IMG/VR virus record: IMGVR_UViG_3300020379_001053
Coordinates: 1-34,122 of that record
DNA length: 34,122 bases
From: a virus
Taxonomy: Duplodnaviria; Caudoviricetes
Strand: one strand, 5' to 3'
Every line of letters begins with the position of its first letter. Position 1 is the stretch's first letter. Positions 1 through 9,100 of this stretch are shown here, piece by piece. Under the pieces are notes generated by a model. That model searched no databases. It was not told the origin of the DNA and saw only the letters and a list, made by a program, of their open reading frames with translations. Made by a program: the position numbers and the translations under genes.

Positions 1-815
1 TGTGCAGTCGCATTACTGCCACTTCTAACCCACATTTCTATTGTAAAAGAATTATTTAATAGATCCCAGTTGTTATTACTACTTAAAGCTAATCCATCAT
101 TCCCATCAAAATCAACAGACCTTGCAGTAGCGGCTGTGGACTCACCTCCTGCATATAAGTAAGCTACATAGGTATTACCGTTACCATTACTCAAAGCATG
201 AGTACCTACAGAAAAAGTAGTATCAGTAGCACTAATACCATTAAAAACTGAACCACCAGAATCAGTTTGCTCAGCTGCAGTAGTATTCAATCTTAGATAA
301 CTAGCTGGAGATATATCTCGATGATATATTACCCAATTTTCAGCATCACTCGTACACTTAATCATTATAAGTCCAGGAACAGATCCTAATGAATGAGAAA
401 TGAGTTGAGCACTAGCTGTACCTGTCCATGTAACAACATCAAAAAAACCAGGAGCCTTCCTAAAGGTCCAGCCAGCGTAGGTTTTTCCACTACCATTAGC
501 AGAATCATGTGTTCCAGGTTTAAAACCTGAAGAAGTAAACTCAGTCATTACATCTACATTACCTGATTCTGCACCAGAACTAGAGGATACTAGTATTTTC
601 GATACACCTCTTACAGTATCAACTAATACCTGTTGTTCAGCAGCACTTCGAGACTTTACCCAAGTCAAACATCCTTCTCCAGATTGATCTATATTTGTAG
701 TAATTACTCGACTGCCACTTGCATCTCCAGCCCATACATTCGTCGAGAAAACATCGTCAACGTATGTCTTAGTTGCACCACCTAAGCCAAGCATCATTTG
801 TTGTATCGGTGTCAT
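1..815 (-). CDS. Putative tail adhesin / receptor-binding protein, truncated at window edge; beta-rich repeats followed by start of a LamG/ConA-like lectin domain
   Basis: Not in the ORF track. Manual translation from ATG at 815 is open to the window edge: MTPIQQMMLGLGGATKTYVDDVFSTNVW...WTFRKAPGFFDVVTWTG...HSLGSVPGLIMIK...SVDFDGNDGL...FTIEMWVR. GGAG RBS upstream. The SVDFDG...FTIEMW pattern is typical of phage LamG-like domains. Confidence 0.8.
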   Translation of the reverse strand, partial: MTPIQQMMLGLGGATKTYVDDVFSTNVWAGDASGSRVITTNIDQSGEGCLTWVKSRSAAEQQVLVDTVRGVSKILVSSSSGAESGNVDVMTEFTSSGFKPGTHDSANGSGKTYAGWTFRKAPGFFDVVTWTGTASAQLISHSLGSVPGLIMIKCTSDAENWVIYHRDISPASYLRLNTTAAEQTDSGGSVFNGISATDTTFSVGTHALSNGNGNTYVAYLYAGGESTAATARSVDFDGNDGLALSSNNNWDLLNNSFTIEMWVRSGSNATA

Positions 816-834
816 AATTAATCTCCGTTCTTAT

Positions 835-842
835 TATTTAAT
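835..842 (-). promoter_or_regulatory. Putative T4-type late promoter (ATTAAATA)
   Basis: TAAATA core in the short intergenic gap, 20 nt upstream of the ATG at 815. Confidence 0.5.
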
Positions 843-851
843 AGATGCATT

Positions 852-2630
852 TTAACTCAATCCTGCACCTGAGATGTAGGCAGCCGTAGCACTTGAGAAT
901 AAAATAGTAGCCATTCCTCTAGTAGCTAAAGTACGGTCTCCAGTGCTTGCATCAGCTGTGTTATATAAAGTTCCAACTGAAGCTGTAAGTGTTAAATCTC
1001 CAGCAGTATTATTGACAATAGTAACTGCATCTCCAGCAGAGAAGACTGAGTTCGGAATGGTGACTGTGCCACTAGCAAGAATATGTTTACCAGCATCACC
1101 AGCAACAAGGGTATAAGTAGAACCTTGAGTGTTTTGAATTATAGAACGAACATTACCTTTGCTGTCTGATACCGTTCCAGCAAACGTGGCGTTTTGTGAG
1201 CTATTTAAAGTGAGGGCTAGTGATCCTCCGTTTGTATAGAATTGGAATTGATTAGTATTATGAGCGTATTCTAAATAACCCGCATATTCACCATTACCAC
1301 TTGTAGCATCTGAAAACATTATATACCCTGTTGAGGTAGTTCCAGACCTGATTGTTATTCCAGTATCACCTGTTGTGGCAATAGTTATATCATCTGCACT
1401 TGCATTACCTTCCGTAGTCGTTCCTATAAGTAATCGACCACTTGAGTCTATGCGAGCTCTTTCTGAAAATGAACCATTATTACCAGATCTGAATATAAAA
1501 TTAGCATGAGCAGCAGCACCATTAGCAGAAAAATACATATCTTGGTTAGCATTACTAACCTGTGTATATGAACCTCCCTGATCAGTATCTCTCAACATAA
1601 GTGCTGGAGTAGCACTCATGATAGTCAATTCTTCTTGAGGTGAATCAGTTCCAATACCAACTTTACCTGCTGATGTGATTCTAAATCTTTCACTACCAGC
1701 AGTTTCTGCTGTAATTGTATCAGCAGCAGGAAATCTTATTGCAGTATCTGTATCTCCAGTATGAACTATCTTATCTGATATATCAATTCCATCAGTATTA
1801 GTCGCCAGTTTTACTGAATTATCATAGTAAAGAGATACAGCTCCATTCTCAGCAAATGTTGCAATAGTCTCATTACTTGCTGGATTAAGAATATCAACTT
1901 GTGAACTAAGTATCTTTAAGTTACCTGTTCCTGAATCATTAATAAAACTATGTGCTCCACTATGATATATGCTTAGGTCATTTCCTGTTCCAAAACGGGC
2001 TTTAGCATCATCGTTAAAATCAACATTTCCACTATCACCTATCGTAGTAGTAACAGTAGGATTAATATTAATAGCAGTGGCAGTTACAGTAACAGCACTA
2101 CCAACAACAACCGAAGTTGATACTGTTGCTATACCAGTAGTAGTAGAACCACTAACATTAACTTGTTCAGCATTAATAATGTCAGTACTTGCTATCCCTG
2201 TTAAGGAAGAACCATCACCAACATAACTTGCAGCAGTTATAACACCAACACCAGCATCGATACCACTAGAATGAATAGTAGCAATACCAATATCACCACT
2301 ACCAGCAGTAATCTTACCAGTAATAACTAAATCATCAACGTCTGTTACTTCACCAAGAGTAACAGTCGCAACGTTAAATGTTTTATATGCAGCACACTCT
2401 ACAGTAGAACCTGTTGATACTCCACCGTTTAAAATAATAACGGTAGAACCATCATTAGCAGTAAAATTAGTACCCTCAGTCTGCCTTTCGCCGTTTACAT
2501 ATACGTCAATATATCCTGGATCATAGCCAGACGTAAACGTAAAGTCAGTTGTGACTCCACTTGTAGTATAAATTTGTCTAGCAATCCGAACAGAACTATC
2601 TGAGGGATTGTTTCCAAGATATCCAGCCAT
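852..2630 (-). CDS. Tail fibre protein (592 aa)
   Basis: G/T/S-rich. Repeated fibre motifs ERFRITSAGKVGIGT and ERARIDSSGRLLIGT. C-terminal module YTLVAGDAGKHI...AYISGAGLS is typical of marine phage fibres. Confidence 0.8.
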   Translation of the reverse strand: MAGYLGNNPSDSSVRIARQIYTTSGVTTDFTFTSGYDPGYIDVYVNGERQTEGTNFTANDGSTVIILNGGVSTGSTVECAAYKTFNVATVTLGEVTDVDDLVITGKITAGSGDIGIATIHSSGIDAGVGVITAASYVGDGSSLTGIASTDIINAEQVNVSGSTTTGIATVSTSVVVGSAVTVTATAININPTVTTTIGDSGNVDFNDDAKARFGTGNDLSIYHSGAHSFINDSGTGNLKILSSQVDILNPASNETIATFAENGAVSLYYDNSVKLATNTDGIDISDKIVHTGDTDTAIRFPAADTITAETAGSERFRITSAGKVGIGTDSPQEELTIMSATPALMLRDTDQGGSYTQVSNANQDMYFSANGAAAHANFIFRSGNNGSFSERARIDSSGRLLIGTTTEGNASADDITIATTGDTGITIRSGTTSTGYIMFSDATSGNGEYAGYLEYAHNTNQFQFYTNGGSLALTLNSSQNATFAGTVSDSKGNVRSIIQNTQGSTYTLVAGDAGKHILASGTVTIPNSVFSAGDAVTIVNNTAGDLTLTASVGTLYNTADASTGDRTLATRGMATILFSSATAAYISGAGLS

Positions 2631-3169
2631 TAGCTAACACCCGATAGGATACTGAAGTTAATATCTACACCATTTTTGGTGTCACAATAGACTCTAAGCT
2701 CATCTGCTGCTTCGAGTACAGTTTTACCAGCATCACTTATAATCATTGATGAACCCTCTGGTATAGGGGCATTATATACAAGGTTAGCATCTACACCAGC
2801 AGATGTGTCCCTAGTTTCCACAAAGACTTTAATAGCACCATTCTCATTATTGGTTAATGTACCACCAATAAGGATACTCTTGGTTGCAGCAGGAGAAGTA
2901 TAACAAGTTTGAACACCAAGGAACTTAACAACCTGACTTGATGCTGACGATTCATTCGTTGAAGCAATGTCAGTATAAATCGTTGTTGATTCTATCTGTG
3001 TAACTTTTGCACCACCAGGAAAATTCTGGTTAATCACCATGTCAGAAACTCCAATACCAGTATTTGCAGTTACTGTAATACTAGTACCAGCAGCACCTAT
3101 TGTACTACCAGAATAGGAAGTAACAACTCCGACTGTTCTTGTAATTGAGTTTGAAAAAGCTTCTGCCAT
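2630..3169 (-). CDS. Small virion structural / fibre-associated protein (179 aa)
   Basis: Lies within the fibre cluster. Stop overlaps the next start by 1 nt. Beta-rich C-half (YTSPAATKSILIG...VLEAADELRV). Confidence 0.65.
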   Translation of the reverse strand: MAEAFSNSITRTVGVVTSYSGSTIGAAGTSITVTANTGIGVSDMVINQNFPGGAKVTQIESTTIYTDIASTNESSASSQVVKFLGVQTCYTSPAATKSILIGGTLTNNENGAIKVFVETRDTSAGVDANLVYNAPIPEGSSMIISDAGKTVLEAADELRVYCDTKNGVDINFSILSGVS

Positions 3170-3189
3170 TGTTTTTTACGTGTTGAGAT

Positions 3190-3197
3190 TATTTATT
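3190..3197 (-). promoter_or_regulatory. Putative late promoter (AATAAATA)
   Basis: One mismatch to T4 late consensus TATAAATA, about 20 nt upstream of the ATG at 3169. Confidence 0.6.
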
Positions 3198-3828
3198 AAC
3201 CGCCTAGAGCGATTACGAGTCCTATGGAAGGAATTGAACCTCCATTTAATGTCACTGTAGCGGATGTAGTTGCAGAACCTAAACGAATTGTACCAGCTGG
3301 ATCAGCATAAAAAACTGTTCCACCAGTACCAACGTTAAATTCCTGAATTGTACCAATTCCAGTAATTATAGCAGATGAAGCAGAAAGTATGCCAGTTGTT
3401 GTGACACCACTAACATTAGCAGTCAGTGCTTGGAACTGGTTAATAGTACCAATTCCAGAGACATAAAGTGCTCTACCTGATATCTCATCAAATACAACAT
3501 CGTCGCCAACGTATAAATCGCCACCAACATAAAAATCGCCACCAGTGGTAGTAATTCCACCACTGCCAGCGAGAGTTGTAATTCCTGCAATTGATATACC
3601 AGTTCCAATTTGGACGGCAGCAACGCCACCATCACCATAGATAGCACCTGATATCGTACTAATACCAGATAATTTTAAATCAGTGGCAGCAATACCACCA
3701 ATAACATCTAAAACAGTAGATGGTACGGTAGAACCGATACCTATCCGATTAGTTGCACTATCAACAAACAGGAGGCTGGTATTGACCGTAAGGCCATTCT
3801 TAACTACAAAATTCCTATTAACCGCCAT
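3196..3828 (-). CDS. Short fibre-like structural protein (210 aa)
   Basis: N-terminus MAVNRNFVVKNGL, RIGIGST motif, multiple SGIST/GITT repeats, hydrophobic end IGLVIALGG. Confidence 0.7.
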   Translation of the reverse strand: MAVNRNFVVKNGLTVNTSLLFVDSATNRIGIGSTVPSTVLDVIGGIAATDLKLSGISTISGAIYGDGGVAAVQIGTGISIAGITTLAGSGGITTTGGDFYVGGDLYVGDDVVFDEISGRALYVSGIGTINQFQALTANVSGVTTTGILSASSAIITGIGTIQEFNVGTGGTVFYADPAGTIRLGSATTSATVTLNGGSIPSIGLVIALGG

Positions 3829-3859
3829 TGGAGTTCACTATCCCCCCTGTTTGCATTAT

Positions 3860-3867
3860 TATTTATA
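3860..3867 (-). promoter_or_regulatory. T4-type late promoter (TATAAATA)
   Basis: Perfect match to the T4 late promoter consensus in the intergenic gap upstream of 3828. Confidence 0.75.
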
Positions 3868-3872
3868 GAACT

Positions 3873-6131
3873 TTAACGTTCGCCTTGAATACTCCACGTT
3901 ACTCTTAAATCTGCATTAACACCAGTATTATCAGGACCGCCACTAGAACCAGTATCATGGAGTGTAATATTAAATTCTCCACCTGATGCTACACCAGCAT
4001 TACCTCCTTGATTCTCTCCACCTTGATAAATTCCAGAACCATTTTCTGGAGAAGTCTCATTTGTAGTACGGAATTGATAATATTGACCACCTATTAACCA
4101 TTGATCAACTGTTCCAGAATTTTTATCTACTACCATACTTTCTGATGCTGTAGACAAATACATATCACTATTTCCTTGGAAAGCATAAGAGAATGAACCA
4201 CCACTAGTTAAATATTGAACCACAGAAGAGTTTGTATTAGCAACATCAACCTTTGCTCTCACTAACACATCTTCAGTGCTGGCCCAAGATGTTAAGTCAA
4301 GAAAGAGTCCACTTCTTGTTAATGAAGCAGGATTTCTTACAATACTTGCATTCTTACTTGTAACCAAAGGATTATTTCCAGCACTACCACGTCTACCAAA
4401 AACACGGATATATCCAGTACCTAACTGATCAGTGGTTGCTGTTTGAGTTAGATTTGTTCCATAAGTCCAAGTTCTAGATGAACCATCATTACCACCTAAT
4501 ATTGAGGCAAGTTTAGTCCAATTACCACCATAATATCCTGATCCACCAGCTCCACCACCTTCCCCGTTTCTACCACCACCTTCAACACCTGCTCCACCAG
4601 TACCACTACTAGTATCACCAGGATGATTTCCATTATCAAGATATAAATTAGTCATCTTAAATCCACGAGTAATCTCTGTATTATTACTATTAGTTGCAAC
4701 AGGATACTCTACTCCATCAGGATCTCTAAGTTTACTAGTAAATGTTTCACAAGCACCATACCTGTTCTGATACCAACTACTTCCTTTTGGACATCTAGAC
4801 GCTACTCCCCTTCCAGCATTTGCTGTTGGTATAGCAGGACTTCCCTCTGTGTTTAAAGAATTAGGTAACCAATACCCTCCTACACTACCAGTACCACCAC
4901 CAAGAGCACCAGCACTATCAGCACCACCATCTCCACCTTTTCCATTTGTTCCTCCTCTACCACCATTTCCAACTATACCAATAACACTTCCAGTTTCATA
5001 AACCGCAGTGGCAGGTCTTCTGGTTGATTGTCTACTAGTAGCAGCAATTCCAACAAATTCTTTTTCCTTTTCCATAGTTCCTTGAATAACCATCCATCCA
5101 CCAATACCACCATCAAATGAATTTTGATTGTCAGCTCCTTGTGCTCCACCAAGTTCTAAATCAACAGTAAGATCATCATCTATTGCAAACATACTAACAT
5201 AATAATAATTCTCCCATGCATACACAGATGTATTACGAGAACCTGCATCATAAATTACATCTTGCACATGATTTAAGTCAATTTTAAATCCATTAGCATA
5301 ATCTGAAAGATCAACATCTTCAGAATAAACATCATAGTCAGTACTACTAGAGACTTTCTCTCCACCAGCTGGCATATATTCCAATCTAATTGTCTTTGTT
5401 AATTCTGTAGAATTATCAGTTATACTATCACTAGTTACAGAAGAAACTAATTCATCAGTAGGATATGAAACTAAACAAGTATAAGTATTCAATCCTACAT
5501 GTCCTGAAGAAAATGTATAAGAACTAGAAGTTGCTCCAGAAACGTTCGTACCAGAATCCTTCCATTGGTAAGTTAAATTACCATTATCTCCATTTGATAT
5601 GGTTGCACTCACACTAAGAGTTCTTGATAAATTATAAGAAGACGTATTAAATCCTAAAGGTTGTACCCCAACAGCAACAATATTAACAGTAATTCCTGGT
5701 GCTACACTAACTACACCAACATTGGAAAATGTTTCCCCAGAAGGTGAATATCCACTAATAGACTGTCCTACACCAACCCCAGTAGCACCAACACCTGGTG
5801 TACCATGAGATACAATTATATCTGAATTATCAGGAACCCACTCAGCACTAACCTTATAATTTACAACTCTCGAAAGATTATCACCAGCATAGTTTAACGT
5901 ATAACTTCTTGTAGTAGTAACCCCAGACAATGCTGTTGATATACCACCACTTAAAACATCATCTTGATACCACCTATAATTAAAATATCCAATACCTGTA
6001 GAAGCCGCAGCAACTGCGGTTAGAGTAGTGGTTCCTCCACCAATGATATTACCACTTTGGGGATGAGTTGTAAATGAGATATAGGGAACTAGATACTCAT
6101 TCTCTAATCCCCTACTGAAGTTCTGACTCAT
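3873..6131 (-). CDS. Putative adhesin / fibre-tip protein with Ig-like domains and a glycine-rich region (752 aa)
   Basis: Ig-like signatures (FTTHPQS...YRWY; LTYQWKDSGTNVSGATSSSYT...YTCLVS). Gly-rich tracts (GNGGRGGTNGKGGDGG; GGGRNGEGGGAGGSGY). ATGA overlap with the upstream fibre gene. Confidence 0.7.
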   Translation of the reverse strand: MSQNFSRGLENEYLVPYISFTTHPQSGNIIGGGTTTLTAVAAASTGIGYFNYRWYQDDVLSGGISTALSGVTTTRSYTLNYAGDNLSRVVNYKVSAEWVPDNSDIIVSHGTPGVGATGVGVGQSISGYSPSGETFSNVGVVSVAPGITVNIVAVGVQPLGFNTSSYNLSRTLSVSATISNGDNGNLTYQWKDSGTNVSGATSSSYTFSSGHVGLNTYTCLVSYPTDELVSSVTSDSITDNSTELTKTIRLEYMPAGGEKVSSSTDYDVYSEDVDLSDYANGFKIDLNHVQDVIYDAGSRNTSVYAWENYYYVSMFAIDDDLTVDLELGGAQGADNQNSFDGGIGGWMVIQGTMEKEKEFVGIAATSRQSTRRPATAVYETGSVIGIVGNGGRGGTNGKGGDGGADSAGALGGGTGSVGGYWLPNSLNTEGSPAIPTANAGRGVASRCPKGSSWYQNRYGACETFTSKLRDPDGVEYPVATNSNNTEITRGFKMTNLYLDNGNHPGDTSSGTGGAGVEGGGRNGEGGGAGGSGYYGGNWTKLASILGGNDGSSRTWTYGTNLTQTATTDQLGTGYIRVFGRRGSAGNNPLVTSKNASIVRNPASLTRSGLFLDLTSWASTEDVLVRAKVDVANTNSSVVQYLTSGGSFSYAFQGNSDMYLSTASESMVVDKNSGTVDQWLIGGQYYQFRTTNETSPENGSGIYQGGENQGGNAGVASGGEFNITLHDTGSSGGPDNTGVNADLRVTWSIQGER

Positions 6132-9100
6132 GAGAAGTTCTGTCCGACGACTACGCCAAAGAGTGAAGCACCACCATCAAATGTTTGGAAACTGTAGATA
6201 TCAGTCTTAAGTCCAACACTAACGACTGAAGGAACAACTCCACCACTCCAAGATATAGGAATTGCAGTACCACCTGATGTCTGCTTAAAGGTATTAATAC
6301 CAACAGGATAAGCAGTGGAAGCTTGCTGTATCTTTAGAGTAAATGTAGTGTGGTCGTCACTATCTAGTCTATTAGAAAGAACAAACTCTGTGATTCCTTC
6401 TGAAGTAGTAAGATCAAATGCTCTACTCTTACTCAAGTCTAATGTAACAACACCAGACGAGGAAGTAACTGTTGTGACTTTCTCAAAGTAATCATTCAGT
6501 TTTGTTCTTGCACCAATATCAACGGTGGCCTGATTATCAGGTGAAGAAGATGCAATACCAACCTTACCATTCTCATGGTATATGGCAGTACCACCAGCAC
6601 CAACATAAAACTCACCATTAACTGTCTGTACCCCAACAACTATACTTCCATCAGCGTCCGATAGATTAACATCCGTGGCACTAAGAACTGTTGCTCTAAC
6701 GGTGGCAAGTGTAGAAACTCCAACGAATTGTGAATCACCTTCTACATAAAGATCACCGCTATTACCTGTAGAACCACCCTTAATCTCTAGACTGTATCCA
6801 GGATTTGTAGTTCCTAAACCTACATTCGTTGATGTAGTATTAATACCAGCATCAGTTCTATTCCACTCAGAGTCAGCAGGTAGGTTCGTAATATTAGAAC
6901 CATCACCATAGAGGTATGTTCCAGCAGTTATAATTCCAGTTGCTTGAATACCACCATAGACATCCAACTTATAAACTGGAGATGTAACACCCACACCTAA
7001 GGAACCAGCAGCAGAAACAATAACTGTTGAACCAGAACCTATTTGTAGTTCATTAGCATTTGGTGTGGTAGTTCCAATACCTACCTGATCGAAGATGCTA
7101 ATATCTGCAGTAGCAGATGTACTTACATCACCAAACTTCCTCCATCCATTCTCAACTGTAAATACCCAACCAACACTTCCACCAGAGGAAGGATCGCTAA
7201 AGAACTTAATGTCTCCTGGGTTTCCATTTACAGTTGGAGTGGTATTGATAACTGAAACTTCTCTAGCAACAGTTGCATTACCTTGAATAAAGAAGGAGTT
7301 AGCTTCGATACCACCTTCACCAAGTGAAGTTACTTTCTTATTGAATAGAACAGGACCATCAAACTCAGAGATGATGTTACTGTCTGTACCACCCTCAACC
7401 TTTAATGCACGACTTACAGTGACTTCTAGTGGAGTGATAATATCTAATCCAACTGCAGTACCAGAGGCAATATCTAAGTCTTCACCAGTTACAGTAGCAA
7501 TTGGTGCATCAACAACCTCTTCTTGTCCAGTAGTAGAGTTAACCTTCTTATTACCAACATAGAAGTTACCCTTGTCATTCATGCCTGTGTAGACATTGAC
7601 ACCACCACTCTTCTTAAGTGACTGAGCAAGAAGTTCTTGCTTACTGGTCAACACTCTATCAATCTTATCTGGTAATGCGGTTGAGTAGTTACCAGGACCG
7701 AATCCAACATATTCAAATGTATGTCCAGAAGCACGGAGAATAGAGTTTCTTCTAAATTCTGTAGCAATTGGAGATACAATCTTTACAACAGAACCATCAA
7801 CGTGAGTATTACGTCTGGTTCCAAGTTGTCCTCTCAATACTGTGACTGCATTAGTACCTCCAACAGGAACTGTAGCAACACGCATTATCTCTTCATCAAT
7901 CTGAATATAATTTCCTTGCTGTATTCCACTGTTAAAGGAGTTAGTAATCTCAACAGATGTTCCAGTCTTAGTAGATACTGCAGCATTCAAGGTAGTTGTA
8001 ATACCAGAAAGAATTGGTATCATTCTGGAACTTAAGTTCTCATCTTCTAGTGAGATAGCCCCATCATTTGCTGCATAACCTTTCTTAAGAGCAATGAATG
8101 TTCCAAATCCTGTCTCTGTTGGAGACTCTGTACCAACACCAAGAGTTACCTTAAATGTTGTTATTCCTACAACCTCAGTTACTCTGAAGTTTCCGCTGTA
8201 TGCGGTATTAGCAGTACCAGTAAAGTTAAGAACGTTACCAACAGCAGCACCATGAGCAGTATTACCAGAACCAACTGTTGCAATACCACTTAAATAATCA
8301 TACTCGAAGGATGTAATACCGATACCAGGACCAGCATTGAACATCATGGCACGAGCACATACTGTAGCCCCTATACCTGTAGTACTTGCAACACCAATAC
8401 CAGATAGTGAAGAACCAGTTGATACCTGTATCTCCTTACTTTCACCTATGGTGTATCCAGTAACTTGATAGTTTGTATTACGTGAACTGTAAGTATTAGA
8501 TGTAACACCTAAGACTTCAATAGAATCATTAGTATTATCAAAGAGTGAAAGAACTTCTACTGTACCTTGTACAAATCCTGTCGTGGTAGCAATACCAGTA
8601 ACTGCCATTGTATTACCAATAGCAAATACAGAACCAGGATTAATAATACGGATAGAAGTGATACCACCAATAGCATCAACATCAACTTCAGCAGTAGCAG
8701 ACTTACCAACTGTTGAAGAACCAATAGCAGTTAGAGTTGCGTTATAAAGAGTTCCAGCAGCACCACTACCATAACCAAATCCAGTAGAACCAAGTCCAAC
8801 TGACTTAACACCAAAGAGTCCGTGGTCTCTGTCTGTATAGATTGTATGAGAAGTACCAACTACAATGTCACTGACAATATCAGTAATAGCAAGTCCAACC
8901 TTAGAGTCACGGCCAAAGCGAATAAGGTTTTCCTTAGTAATTGATTTCTTAAGATCATTAGTTAAGACTTCACCAATATTATCAGGTGTAGCAAAACTTC
9001 TTGCAAACTGTGGATCAGAATCAATATTATCCCTATCAACCTGTGGATATAAGTCAATAATGTTCTGAGAGAACTTCTCACTACTAAATGGACTTATGTT

